A stretch of DNA of 64,000 nt from Fimbriimonadales bacterium (GCA_045862955.1 BTVI01000008.1:36846-100845); one strand, 5' to 3'; numbered from the stretch's first letter, positions 1 to 9,896 are shown. Numbers and translations are program-made. Notes: generated by a model from the letters alone, not told the origin.

Positions 1-2258
1 GTGCCGCGCTCTTCAGCCAGCAGGCAGTACGCGCGGACGGCAGCGATGTTCGTCGGGTCCATTCGCGACGCTCGGGCATAGGCATCGATCGCTTCGCGCC
101 ACTGCTCCAGATTCGCGTGTGCCTTCGCCAACGCGAGCCAGGCGCCTCGAGATAGCGGTGCAGCATCCACCCGGCTCTTCGCTACGTCGAGCGCTTCCGC
201 CTGTTTCCCCACGGTCGGTGCGAAATCGGCAAGCCGCTGAACCGCCACGTCCTCGGGGCTGCCCTTTCGCGCTCTCGGGAGCAATTCGTTCCAGAAGCCC
301 AGGTTGTCTTCACGCGCCGCGTAGTAGCGCGACAGCAAGGCATAGCCACCCAGCTCGTCCGGTGCGATGTCCAGCAGACCGCGGACCTCGGCGATCCAAG
401 CGTCCATCTTCTTCTGCTGCTCATAGATCTCCGCGAGACGCATGCGCGGATAGGAGTTGCGGGGCTCCAAGCGCTTGATCTCGGCAAACTGGGCAGCGGC
501 ACCATCTAAGTCACCGTCGCTCATCAAGAACACGCCGTAGCCGCTGCGAAGTAGCGTATCGTTCGGCTGCGCGGCGACCCGCTCCACCCACGCCTTCTTC
601 GCCTCTTCCTTCCTACCGTTGCGATACAGCAAGTTCGGGATCTGCGGAAAGTCTGCGGAAGGGTTCTTCGAGGTGGAGAGCAGGTCCCATGCGTACTTCA
701 CCGCACCGTCCACGTCTCCCATGCGCTCGAGCAGGCGTACCAGCTGCGCCAGCACGATCTCCGTCCTTTTGTGACCGAGCGACTCCTCATAGACCGCCTT
801 AGCCTTGTCGAGCTGATCGGTGCTCTCGTAATAGGCTCCCAACGACAGCCACGGAGCCGGGTCCTGCGGGTTCTTTTCCGCCAGGGACCGTAGGTGCGCA
901 AGGGCCTCTTCCGTCTTGCCAGCCTTGATCAGTACTTCCCCAATAGAGACCTGCGCGGCCCGGTCCTGCGGGTCGATCGCAGTCAACCGCCGGAGCTGCG
1001 AGAGCGCAGTCTCGTAGTCCTTTCTCGCCTCGGAGAAGAGGGCGAAAGCCCTCAGTCCTTCCACGTCGTTGGGAAACGCCTCGAGGTGCCTTCGGTACTC
1101 CCGCACGGTCGCCGCGTCGTCTCTCCCCTGCCGGTAGATCTCGCAGACCTGGCGGGACGGGTAGGGATCTTGCGGCACGTTCTCCATCCACTTGCGATAG
1201 AGACGGATAAGCGGGCCGTGCGCCTGTGCCTTGAGGTAAAGCTCCTCCAGGCCGAGGTAAGCGCCTGTGTTTTTCGGGTCCACCAGGAGCACCGCCTCGA
1301 ACTGCTCCTTGGCCTGTTCCGTGCGCCCGAGCTTGACAGCGACCGTAGCAAGCCGATTCTCGACCTCGGGGTTTCGCGGGCTCAGCTCGCGTGCCACCAG
1401 ATACTGTGCCTCCGCCTCGGCCCACATCTGACGGCGAGCGAAGACGTCTCCCTGCTCGATGCGGAGAAGCCTGTTGCGGGGGTAGGTGCGGATCATCTTG
1501 GCCAGCAACTGCACTGCGTCTTCGAAGCGTTCCGACTGCTCGTACAGTCGCGCGAGCAATACGGCGACTTCGATGTTCTCGGGCATCAGGGCGTGTGCTT
1601 TCTCCAAAGCGGCGGTTCCTGCGGCCGTGTCACCGCCTGCGAAGTGCGCCTCCGCGAGCGCCTGCCAGATGACGGGCTCCCTCGGGTTCCGCTGGCCCGC
1701 CTTGGAAAGGAGTTCGATCGCCTCGTCCCTCATGCCTAGATGAAGCTGGACCGATGCGAGCAGAAACAAGACCTCTACGTCATCGGGAGACTTCCGGTGC
1801 GCCGCCTGGAGGTCGGCGAGAGCGCCCTTCATATCGTTTCGCCCGATCTCGATGACAGCGCGAACGTACAGGTAGCCGGAAGTGCTGCGCAGGTCCTTCG
1901 GCACACGGGCCAGCGCCTGCTCTGCGTCCTTCACGCGTAGCGCCTGAGCATGCACCGCTGCGATCTTGAGCCAAACCTGGCCGTTCTCGGGTTGCAGCGC
2001 CGCCGCACGCCGCAGGTGATACACGGACTTGTCTGCCTCTCCGTTCGCGACATAGGCGGACGCAAGGTTGAGGTGTGCGGGCACGTAGCTCTCCCGCGCA
2101 TGGAGCAGCTTGCGGTACTGGGTGATGGCGGTTGGGAAGTCACCTGCGCGTTGCGCCTCGACAGCGGCATCGTACAGGCGCTGCTCGGAACTGGTCAACT
2201 TCTGCGCGAAAGCGCATGCGGAGAGGCACAGCGCGGCGATGAGCATCCCACGAATCAT
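1..2258 (-). CDS. Large secreted TPR-repeat protein, truncated by the left window edge
   Basis: Absent from the ORF track, consistent with running off the edge. Manual translation of the N-terminal part from ATG 2258 (SD GAAAGGA): MIRGMLIAALCLSACAFAQ signal peptide, then TPR-like helices (AITQYRKLL..AHLNLASAY..YHLRRAAALQPENGQVWLKIA). Confidence 0.85.
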   Translation of the reverse strand, partial: MIRGMLIAALCLSACAFAQKLTSSEQRLYDAAVEAQRAGDFPTAITQYRKLLHARESYVPAHLNLASAYVANGEADKSVYHLRRAAALQPENGQVWLKIAAVHAQALRVKDAEQALARVPKDLRSTSGYLYVRAVIEIGRNDMKGALADLQAAHRKSPDDVEVLFLLASVQLHLGMRDEAIELLSKAGQRNPREPVIWQALAEAHFAGGDTAAGTAALEKAHALMPENIEVAVLLARLYEQSERFEDAVQLLAKMIRTYPRNRLLRIEQGDVFARRQMWAEAEAQYLVARELSPRNPEVENRLATVAVKLGRTEQAKEQFEAVLLVDPKNTGAYLGLEELYLKAQAHGPLIRLYRKWMENVPQDPYPSRQVCEIYRQGRDDAATVREYRRHLEAFPNDVEGLRAFALFSEARKDYETALSQLRRLTAIDPQDRAAQVSIGEVLIKAGKTEEALAHLRSLAEKNPQDPAPWLSLGAYYESTDQLDKAKAVYEESLGHKRTEIVLAQLVRLLERMGDVDGAVKYAWDLLSTSKNPSADFPQIPNLLYRNGRKEEAKKAWVERVAAQPNDTLLRSGYGVFLMSDGDLDGAAAQFAEIKRLEPRNSYPRMRLAEIYEQQKKMDAWIAEVRGLLDIAPDELGGYALLSRYYAAREDNLGFWNELLPRARKGSPEDVAVQRLADFAPTVGKQAEALDVAKSRVDAAPLSRGAWLALAKAHANLEQWREAIDAYARASRMDPTNIAAVRAYCLLAEERG

Positions 2259-2506
2259 GCTTGGGTCATCCTTTCCATCGTGAGTCAGACGGTCGTGCAC
2301 CCCTGCGGGTTCGGCCGGCGGCGACGCGATTCGCTCGGACTGGGGATGCTACCCGAACAGGCTGAGGAACGCTCGCGTTGGCGCCGCGCTGCTTGCCGTT
2401 TGGCCAGGAAGTTGAAGCGAGGCAGCTCTAGACCGATATTTAGGTTATAATAGGTAAGTACCTTTGGCAATGGCGCCTGGGTATGTGCACGAAGGAGGTG
2501 CAGAAG

Positions 2507-2704
2507 ATGGCTACCGCTCGAAATGGGCAGCATCGGCAGCGGCCTGCGGTCCCCTACTCGGCGGTCCCCGCGGGCGTACGCGATGATGCGTGTTTGGCCC
2601 CGCAGAACATCGGGAACGCATCGGTTATCGGAAGAGACTTCGACCTGCGCGAGGAGCTTCGAAAGCGTCGCCTAGCCGCGATAAAGAAGGCTGCGAGCGG
2701 CTAG
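2507..2704 (+). CDS. Small basic hypothetical protein (65 aa)
   Basis: Strong SD GAAGGAGGTG before ATG 2507; TATAAT at 2446-2451; hairpin downstream. Confidence 0.6.
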   Translation: MATARNGQHRQRPAVPYSAVPAGVRDDACLAPQNIGNASVIGRDFDLREELRKRRLAAIKKAASG

Positions 2705-2766
2705 GCCAGTGGCTCCTGCTGGCCCGAGTGGCCTCTGACGGGGAGTTTCACACAGCCTGCGCAACA

Positions 2767-2797
2767 CCGAAGCGGCGGTGCCACACCGCCGCTTCGG
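2767..2797. terminator. Perfect 14-bp stem hairpin between convergent genes
   Basis: CCGAAGCGGCGGTG-CCA-CACCGCCGCTTCGG; no clear U-tract. Confidence 0.5.
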
Positions 2798-2806
2798 GCT
2801 GTCTCG

Positions 2807-2885
2807 ATGCCCTGACGTTTCGGCTGCCGAGCGCCACCGTGCCCTCGGTCTCAGCGAGCCTCAGCAGCCGAACGTCGGGGCTACC
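2807..2885. repeat. Solo copy of palindromic repeat module C
   Basis: GACGTTTCGGCTGC...GCAGCCGAACGTC inverted arms, roughly colinear with 63451-63529 and 63838-63916. Confidence 0.8.
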
Positions 2886-2904
2886 TCGAGGACGCCTGCT
2901 CACC

Positions 2905-4410
2905 CTACGGATCGCCCTGCTTACCGAAGTTCAAGAGCACGATGTTCAGGTCGGACAGCCCGACTACGCCGTCGCCGTTCAGGTCGGTGGCGAGGTTGCC
3001 CGTTCCGAACTGCAACAGGATCATGTTCAGGTCGGATAGGCCGATCAAGTTGTCGCCGTCCGGGTCTCCATTCGTCTGGGTGAAGTTCGCCACGTTGGTG
3101 CCGAGGATGATCACCTTGTTCGCGCTCACTTGCCTCAGGAAGCCCGGGAACTTCAGAGCCAGGTCGAACGTGCCCTGCGCCACGCTCGGCACGCTGTAAT
3201 TGCCGCTGCCGTCCAGCGTGATGCCGTACGAGTGCAGCACCGTCTGCGTGCCCGGCTGGCGGAACTGCAGCGTGGCGGTGCGGCCCGTCGGATCGGCGAG
3301 GAAGGTGAGATTCACGTTTCCGCTGAGCGACGCCGTGGTCGCGCCCTGCAACTTCGTGTAGTACCAGAGGTCGTCTACTCCGCGAATGAACACCACATCG
3401 TTCACCCGCACGATGCGACCCGTGTAGTGAACGTCACCCGGGAGCTTCCCGACCGTCCACTGAAGCGTCGTAAGGTTCAGCCTTGCCCAGTCGTCGGTCG
3501 GGTCTCCCCAACCCTCATGGGACACGTCGCCGGTGGAGCCGCGGATCAGCCACAGCTCGGCGTGGCCGCTGGGAGAGAGTTCGGCCGGAATGTACTCGAT
3601 GGACTGGCCGTATCCGCACTGCCAGTCGTACGGTTTGTCCACCAGCTTGTCAACGGCGTTGTCCTTGCCTACGCCGGTCCAGGTGTAGATGATCTCGCCC
3701 GAGCTGACACCCGGCTCCCAGTCGTTGTGCGTAGCGTAGTAGCGACCGTTCCCGTCGGTCGCCAGATCCTCGTTGCGGGAGATCCACCTGGGGGCGCTGA
3801 CGCCCTGGAAGCCCAGGTTGTACCAAGTGTTCATGTAGTTGTTGTCGTATGTCTGAGCATTCCAGTCGAACTGGACCCACCAGTCTCCTGCGTGCCACAC
3901 ACCGACCCCGACACCGGGGTTTGCCGGGTCCATGTGTAGAGCGTTCCCAGTGTGGTTCATGTCCGTGAGATCGTAACCGGGGTTCATCGGATCCTCCAGC
4001 ACTTCCCACGTGTCGGAGTTCGTGTCGTATCGCAGCACGCACCGCCTCCAATCGCCGCCATAAGGGTGGTTCTGCGAGGCGCCGATCGTGTAGAAGTAGC
4101 CGTCCTGGTAGGCCAGCTTACCGGTAACGCCGCCCGCCCAGGGCACGGTGATCGGTCGCGGGGGATCGGATAGCTGGGTCCACAGGCCATACGAGGGGTC
4201 GTTGGGGTCGAAGTCGTACCGGAAGAACTTGCCCTCGCGTTCCCATTCCTGGTCGAAAACGACGAAGAGGGTGGTGCCGTCCGTGCCGATCCGGTTGACT
4301 TTGTAACCGGGATCGCTCAGGGCTCCGTACAGCACGTCCCAGGTGACATCAGCGACTGCGAACTGGGCCGGCATCAGGGCGAGGCCGCACAGCAGATGTA
4401 AAGCTCTCAT
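2905..4410 (-). CDS. Secreted Kelch/beta-propeller-like protein with C-terminal beta-sandwich and dockerin/EF-hand-like domain
   Basis: Signal peptide; RYDTNSDTWEVL Kelch-like motif; duplicated Ca-loop GDPDGDNLIGLSDL / TDLNGDGVVGLSDL at the C-terminus. Confidence 0.8.
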   Translation of the reverse strand: MRALHLLCGLALMPAQFAVADVTWDVLYGALSDPGYKVNRIGTDGTTLFVVFDQEWEREGKFFRYDFDPNDPSYGLWTQLSDPPRPITVPWAGGVTGKLAYQDGYFYTIGASQNHPYGGDWRRCVLRYDTNSDTWEVLEDPMNPGYDLTDMNHTGNALHMDPANPGVGVGVWHAGDWWVQFDWNAQTYDNNYMNTWYNLGFQGVSAPRWISRNEDLATDGNGRYYATHNDWEPGVSSGEIIYTWTGVGKDNAVDKLVDKPYDWQCGYGQSIEYIPAELSPSGHAELWLIRGSTGDVSHEGWGDPTDDWARLNLTTLQWTVGKLPGDVHYTGRIVRVNDVVFIRGVDDLWYYTKLQGATTASLSGNVNLTFLADPTGRTATLQFRQPGTQTVLHSYGITLDGSGNYSVPSVAQGTFDLALKFPGFLRQVSANKVIILGTNVANFTQTNGDPDGDNLIGLSDLNMILLQFGTGNLATDLNGDGVVGLSDLNIVLLNFGKQGDP

Positions 4411-4771
4411 GTGCGTCTCCTTTCTCCTCTGCGTGTTTCTCCGCCGCTGCCTTCGACAGGAGAGACTTCCACCCCATTATCACGCGGTTTTCGGCGTACG
4501 ACAAGTCTCCGGCCCCTTTGCCCCTCGATTCCGACGCCTGGCCGGCCTGGCGGATTGCCACGCAGAGGTCGCAGTGACAGCCGCGAAGATCGCTGCTGGA
4601 CGAAGCTACACGGTGCTGTCTCGTCACGATCCCCGACTTGCCAGCAAGCCGTGGTGCGACCGACTCCGAGCGCGATGTGGGCTAGGGGGTCTGAAGATCG
4701 GAAGCCCAGCTTTGCCCCTTCTTGGGGTGGAGCCTCCACCGCAAGCGGCGGAGGCGTCGGTCGGCGCCGTG

Positions 4772-5560
4772 CTAACTGCTCGCCGAGGTGTAGTAGCGGA
4801 GGGCGAAACGCCAGAACCAGCGGCAGGCAATCACTGCAACTAGGCTCCAACCCACTCCTAACCAGACCACCCACGTCTCCACCTGCCCCCAGAGCGCACG
4901 GGTGGGCACGGTGGCAATGAAGGCGAGAGGTATCGCGTAGAGGAACAGCTTCTGCAAGAGCGCCGGGAAGATGTCCAGCGGGAACCGGGCGACCTGGAAC
5001 ACCGATTCCCCCACCACCCACAGGTTCTCTACGCGCACGAGCCAAATACCCAGCGTCATCAGCACGAACTGCAAGGCATAGAAGAGCAGCAAGGCCGCAA
5101 GAGTCAAGGCGATGTAAACGAGCAGCTGCTGCAGGTTCGGCGACAGGTTCTCCAGCCGAAGCCCATACGCTAACAGCCCGAAGGACGCCGCGACCGTGCC
5201 GATCTGATCGAAGTTGAACAACCTGACGCTCACCCAGAACTGGCTATCCACCGGTTTCACTAACACGTAGTCGAGCGTCCCCAATCGCACCAGAGTCGGG
5301 AGCTCTACCACGGACATCCCGAACACCGCACCTGCTACCGAGCCCATCATGTAGCAGGTGGCGAATAGTAGGAACGACTGCCCCTCGCTCCATCCCGCGA
5401 TGCTGTCCGTCTGCCCGTAGAACACCTTCAGTATCGCAATGAAGAAGCCCATCCACACGAGGTTCTGCGCCACCTTCGCCCAGAAGTTGGCGCGGAACTC
5501 GATCTCGCGCTGCAAGCTGGCGAGCACCATAGCACGGTACAGCCGGAGGTACCGCCTCAC
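4772..5560 (-). CDS. ABC-2 family (DUF990-type) transporter permease
   Basis: FRANFW, IAGWS, GTLDYVLVKPVDSQFWVS and FPLDIFP motifs; multiple TM segments; GTG start overlaps the upstream stop (GTGA). Confidence 0.85.
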   Translation of the reverse strand: MRRYLRLYRAMVLASLQREIEFRANFWAKVAQNLVWMGFFIAILKVFYGQTDSIAGWSEGQSFLLFATCYMMGSVAGAVFGMSVVELPTLVRLGTLDYVLVKPVDSQFWVSVRLFNFDQIGTVAASFGLLAYGLRLENLSPNLQQLLVYIALTLAALLLFYALQFVLMTLGIWLVRVENLWVVGESVFQVARFPLDIFPALLQKLFLYAIPLAFIATVPTRALWGQVETWVVWLGVGWSLVAVIACRWFWRFALRYYTSASS

Positions 5561-6360
5561 ATCCCCACCCCAGTATAAGTCTTCAACCCCGAGCGCCATA
5601 GCACCCAACCCACTCCGGACATCAACCCGATCCAACCGAGCTGCACCGCGATGCCTACCACCACTGCCTCATCGCTCACCCTGCCCAGCATCATCTCGAC
5701 CGGGAACGCCACTGTGTAGCGGAACGGTGTGAACATCGCGCCGGTAGCAGCCCAATCGGGAAGCATGGCAAGAGGAAAGAGCCTTCCCGACAGGAACATC
5801 TCGGGCAGATAGTAGAGACGGATGATCGAGTAGGCCTCCTGGGTCCGGAGTGCGATCAGGCCTAGGGCGAAGGCATTGACGAAGCTGAGGATGTGTCCCA
5901 GGCTTATCACCACGAGCAGTAGGGGTGATACATACACCTTTGCCCCGATCAGCAGCGAGTGGTAGCCGACGAGCATCGCTACGAAGAGCGGCAGAAACAT
6001 GATCAGCTTGCCCACTCTCCATGCTATGTTCCGGACGAACTGCGACCAGAAGTAGTTCATGGGTCGCACTAGATAAGCGGAGAAGATGCCCTCGCGTATC
6101 TCGTAGGCGATGTCCCACATCATGTGGCTAACCACGACCTGCGACAGCACGAGTGCAGCAACGTAGTAGAGAACGATCTGCTGGACGCTCAGCGTGCCGA
6201 CATACCCTTGGCCACTCGCAGCCGCAATCCACACGAGAGGCAGCACCAGCGCCGTCATACTGTCTGCGATGATCCAGAGGAACGCAGCGCCGCGATAGAT
6301 GAACATCTCCGTGAGGATGATGCGGAAATAAGCGTAGCTCTTACGGGCGAGTGCGATCAT
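5557..6360 (-). CDS. ABC-2 family transporter permease
   Basis: IREGIFSAYLVRPMNY and FLSGRLFPLAMLPDW motifs. Confidence 0.85.
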   Translation of the reverse strand: MIALARKSYAYFRIILTEMFIYRGAAFLWIIADSMTALVLPLVWIAAASGQGYVGTLSVQQIVLYYVAALVLSQVVVSHMMWDIAYEIREGIFSAYLVRPMNYFWSQFVRNIAWRVGKLIMFLPLFVAMLVGYHSLLIGAKVYVSPLLLVVISLGHILSFVNAFALGLIALRTQEAYSIIRLYYLPEMFLSGRLFPLAMLPDWAATGAMFTPFRYTVAFPVEMMLGRVSDEAVVVGIAVQLGWIGLMSGVGWVLWRSGLKTYTGVGM

Positions 6361-8075
6361 CCCGTAGCGAGATGCTCCTTCTCCTTGGCCAGCAGTTCCA
6401 TGGCTGCTCGTGCAGCTTCGGTCACCGGCACCGCCCTCCTACTGCGCTCTCGGCGCAGCCCTACCTCGACGTTACCCTCGGCCAGGCTTTTGCCGACCAC
6501 TACTTGCACCGGCCAGCCGATCAGATCGGCATCCTTGAACTTCACACCGGCGCGCTCGTCTCTATCGTCCAGGAGCACCTCGACCCCTAGTCGCATCAGC
6601 TCACCGTAGAGGCGCTCGGCAGCTTCTGCGACGGCGGAATCGGGAGAGGCGGGAATTACTACCACTTCTAGCGGTGCGATGGTAGCAGGCCACGCCAGAC
6701 CATCCGAATCGTTATGGATCTCTGCGACCGCCGACATGCAGCGTGAGATGCCGAGACCATAGCAACCCATCACGGCCGGTCGCTGCACACCCTCCGCATC
6801 CACGATGTTAGCATCCAGCGACGCGGAGTACTTAATCCCTAGCTGGAAGATGTGTCCCACTTCGATGCCGCGCACCTCGGTATAGACACCACCTGCAATC
6901 GTAGGATCGCCTGCTGCGGCCACTCGAAGGTCGGCCCATTCGTGCACTGCGAAGTCGCGACCATGACACACATGCACGGTATGAGTCTCGTCCTTGTTAG
7001 CACCCACCACGAAATCGCGCAGGCTCTTCAGCTCGTAGTCGGCGACCAGCCGTACCCCGTCCAGGCCGATGGGGCCCGCGAAGCCGACGGGAGCTCGGCT
7101 ATACCTCTCGACCTCCTCGGGCTGCATCATTCGCAGCTCTTCCGCACCTAGCGCGCGACGCAACTTGCCTTCGTTCAGCTCCCGATCTCCGCGTATCAGT
7201 GCACCCACGGGCTTGCCATCGGCTATGTACAACAGCGTCTTCACGATCTGTGTGGGAGCTACGTTCAGGAAGGCTGCCACTTGATCCACGGTGTGCGCAC
7301 CCGGAGTTGCTACATCCTCGTGCGGAGGCGAGTCACCTGGCTCCACCGGTGGGAGGTTCCCATCGGGCAGTTCTGCGCGCTCGGCGTTGACCGTATACCC
7401 GCTCGCCGTGCACTGCAACACGGTGTCCTCGCCCGCAGGAGTGACTACCATGTACTCCTTGTTCTCGCTGCCGCCGATGGCACCGGGATCGGCATCACAG
7501 ATCAGCGTCTCGAGGCCCATCCTTCGGAAGGAACGCGTGTAAGCCTCGCCGATTCGACGATAGGTCTCGTCCAAGCACTGCTCGGTGAGGTGGAAACTGT
7601 AGGCGTCCTTCATGATGAACTCGCGAGCGCGTATGAGGCCCGCTCTCGGTCTCGGCTCGTCCCGGAACTTGGTTTGAATCTGGTATAGGGTGAGCGGCAA
7701 CTCTTTGTAAGAGTGGACGGTATGTCGAAAGATGTCGGTGATGATTTCCTCGTGAGTGAACCCGAGGGAGAAGGGGCGCCCTTGGCGATCATGCACCTTG
7801 AAAAGTACGTCCACTGTATGGCGTCCCGTCTGTTCTAGAAGTTCCCATGGCACGAGGGCGGGCATCAGCAGCTCCAGCGCGCCTGTCCGGTCCATCTCCT
7901 CGCGGACGATCTGCTCGATCTTTCGCAGGACCCGCCACCCGAGAGGCATGTAGGTGTATACGCCTGCGGCCTGGCGACGAATGAACCCTCCGCGCACCAG
8001 AAGTCGGTGGCTGACCAGCTCCGCATCCGTGGGAGCCTCTCGCAATGTTGGTAAATAACTCTGTGACGCCCGCAA
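6357..8075 (-). CDS. proS: Proline--tRNA ligase (bacterial type with editing insertion)
   Basis: TTG start with SD AAGGAG; YQIQTKFRDEPRPRAGLIRAREFIMKDAYSF, GIEVGHIFQLG, MGCYGLG. Confidence 0.97.
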   Translation of the reverse strand: MRASQSYLPTLREAPTDAELVSHRLLVRGGFIRRQAAGVYTYMPLGWRVLRKIEQIVREEMDRTGALELLMPALVPWELLEQTGRHTVDVLFKVHDRQGRPFSLGFTHEEIITDIFRHTVHSYKELPLTLYQIQTKFRDEPRPRAGLIRAREFIMKDAYSFHLTEQCLDETYRRIGEAYTRSFRRMGLETLICDADPGAIGGSENKEYMVVTPAGEDTVLQCTASGYTVNAERAELPDGNLPPVEPGDSPPHEDVATPGAHTVDQVAAFLNVAPTQIVKTLLYIADGKPVGALIRGDRELNEGKLRRALGAEELRMMQPEEVERYSRAPVGFAGPIGLDGVRLVADYELKSLRDFVVGANKDETHTVHVCHGRDFAVHEWADLRVAAAGDPTIAGGVYTEVRGIEVGHIFQLGIKYSASLDANIVDAEGVQRPAVMGCYGLGISRCMSAVAEIHNDSDGLAWPATIAPLEVVVIPASPDSAVAEAAERLYGELMRLGVEVLLDDRDERAGVKFKDADLIGWPVQVVVGKSLAEGNVEVGLRRERSRRAVPVTEAARAAMELLAKEKEHLATG

Positions 8076-8204
8076 CGTTACACTCCTTGGCGCTAGTCTG
8101 AACGGGATGAACGATGATACCGCAGGGGCCGCACAGGCCGTGCTCGCCATCCTAGGGCAGACACAGTAGGCTTGCGGTGCAACGGCCCGCCTTAGGTATG
8201 GCAA

Positions 8205-8891
8205 ATGGTCGTGCAAGGGACTTCTTTTATGAGCTTGCGCGGTGCGGAGAGCCGAGTGCTGATAGGTGTTGACGGGCTGGGGGGAACGGAGGCAGAGGCA
8301 GTGTGGCCTCCTGCCGAGACCCGTGCTGCGTTCAGCCGCACGGGAAGCGAGCCGGCCGTGGAAGGTGCCTTGGCGACCCCTCCGACATGCGAGCGCTTTG
8401 CCAGTGGTGCGCTCCCACAGGTGGTTAGTGGAAAAGAGGCGCTCGGGGTCCTCGAAGAATTCCAGAATCATGCGTGGCAGACCGGGACCCTGTTCTCGGT
8501 GTTGTTCGTTGACGTCGACGCTCTCGACGACTACAATCATCGCTTCGGGAAGGAAGCCGGAGACGAGCTATTGACGCGTCTCGGGGATCTCCTTCGCGCA
8601 TCAGTACGTCGGAACGATCTCGTGGCACGGTGGAGTGGAGAGGAGTTCCTTATCGGGCTTCGCGGAGCAAACCCAGAAACGGCTGCCATCGTCGCGGAGC
8701 GCCTGCGGCTGAACTTTCAGCGCACCGAAGCTTCTAGGGCGCCGGTTACCGTGAGCATTGGAGTGGCCACTTGGCGGTCCGACCTTCCCGATGTGCACCA
8801 ATTAGTTGCCGAGGCGCAGAAGGGCCTTCACTACGCCAAGGAGTGCGGTGGGAACTGCGTGCGCACAGCCTCTCCGTTGGAACCCGGATAG
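8205..8891 (+). CDS. GGDEF-domain protein with degenerate active site (SGEEF); start uncertain
   Basis: LFVDVD..YNHRFGKEAGDELL, RRND I-site, ARWSGEEF, VTVSIGVA, AKECGGN. Confidence 0.85.
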   Translation: MVVQGTSFMSLRGAESRVLIGVDGLGGTEAEAVWPPAETRAAFSRTGSEPAVEGALATPPTCERFASGALPQVVSGKEALGVLEEFQNHAWQTGTLFSVLFVDVDALDDYNHRFGKEAGDELLTRLGDLLRASVRRNDLVARWSGEEFLIGLRGANPETAAIVAERLRLNFQRTEASRAPVTVSIGVATWRSDLPDVHQLVAEAQKGLHYAKECGGNCVRTASPLEPG

Positions 8892-9011
8892 TCTGTACGC
8901 CAGCCCGAGCGCTGGAAGTCCAATATCGTGGCCAACGTGCGCCAAGTGGCGGCAACCGACGCTGCCTGAAAGAAACCTCATGGCGCCGAGACGCAGTGGC
9001 CTCGGGACCTT

Positions 9012-9896
9012 CTAATCGAGCCCCAGTTCGTGCAGCGTGCCAGGGCGCTCACGCCAGCCCTGCTTCACCTTAACCCAGAGGTCCAAATAGACGGGCCGTT
9101 GGAGCATCTCCTCGATCCCCTTGCGCGCCGAGGCTCCGATGGACTTCAGCATCTGGCCCCCCTTGCCCAAGACGATAGCTTTGTGGGCGTCGCGCTCCAC
9201 GTAGACAGTCGCGCCGATGTACACGGGGCCATCCGGACGCTCCTCCCAGGTCTCCGTCAGCACCGCAGTGCTGTGCGGCACTTCCTGCCGAGTGCGTAGT
9301 AGGACCTGCTCGCGGACCAACTCGGCGGCCAGAAACCGCATGGGTGCGTCCGTGACTTGGTCTTCCGGGTAGAGGGGCGGTCCTTCGGGCAAGAGCGGGA
9401 CCAGCAGGGCCAGCAGGCGGTCGAGATTGTCGCGTTTTCGAGCCGAGATCATCATCCATGGGCATTCGGGCAGCAAGGCCCAGTGTGCATCACAGTGGCG
9501 TTGCACCTTCTCCGGCGGAAGTCGGTCCATCTTGTTCAGCACCAACAGCTTCGCTCCGTCCACCCGCGCCAGCATCTTCGCCACCCTCCAGTCGAACTCG
9601 CCGGGCAAGCGCGAAACGTCGGTGACGAGCATCACCACATCGGCGGAGAGCAACGCCTGATGGGCAGCCTGCGCCATCCGCGCTCCCAGCAGGTGCTTCG
9701 GATGCGACACACCCGGCGTATCCACGAATGCGATCTGGTATTCGGGCTCGGTCAGCACCCCGAGGAGGTTTCGCCGCGTAGTTTGGGGCTTCGGCGAGAC
9801 GATGGCGATCTTCTGCCCGAGAAGGGCGTTGAGCAACGTGCTCTTGCCGACGTTGGGCGCTCCGACCACCGCCACCGTGCCGCAACGATGCTCCAT
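9012..9896 (-). CDS. era: GTPase Era
   Basis: GAPNVGKSTLLN, SPKPQTTR, DTPG, NKMD; KH domain ending VYLDLWVKVK. Confidence 0.97.
   Translation of the reverse strand: MEHRCGTVAVVGAPNVGKSTLLNALLGQKIAIVSPKPQTTRRNLLGVLTEPEYQIAFVDTPGVSHPKHLLGARMAQAAHQALLSADVVMLVTDVSRLPGEFDWRVAKMLARVDGAKLLVLNKMDRLPPEKVQRHCDAHWALLPECPWMMISARKRDNLDRLLALLVPLLPEGPPLYPEDQVTDAPMRFLAAELVREQVLLRTRQEVPHSTAVLTETWEERPDGPVYIGATVYVERDAHKAIVLGKGGQMLKSIGASARKGIEEMLQRPVYLDLWVKVKQGWRERPGTLHELGLD

Noticed and set aside
119..2450. Many short ORFs on both strands
   Set aside because: Shadow ORFs of the edge-truncated TPR gene in GC-rich DNA.
4411..4771. ncRNA or riboswitch in the 360-bp intergenic region
   Set aside because: No recognisable consensus by eye; an Rfam search would be needed to exclude one.
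8076..8540. 155-aa N-terminal extension of ProS in the ORF track
   Set aside because: It overlaps the opposite-strand GGDEF gene; ProS homology and an SD start at TTG 8075.
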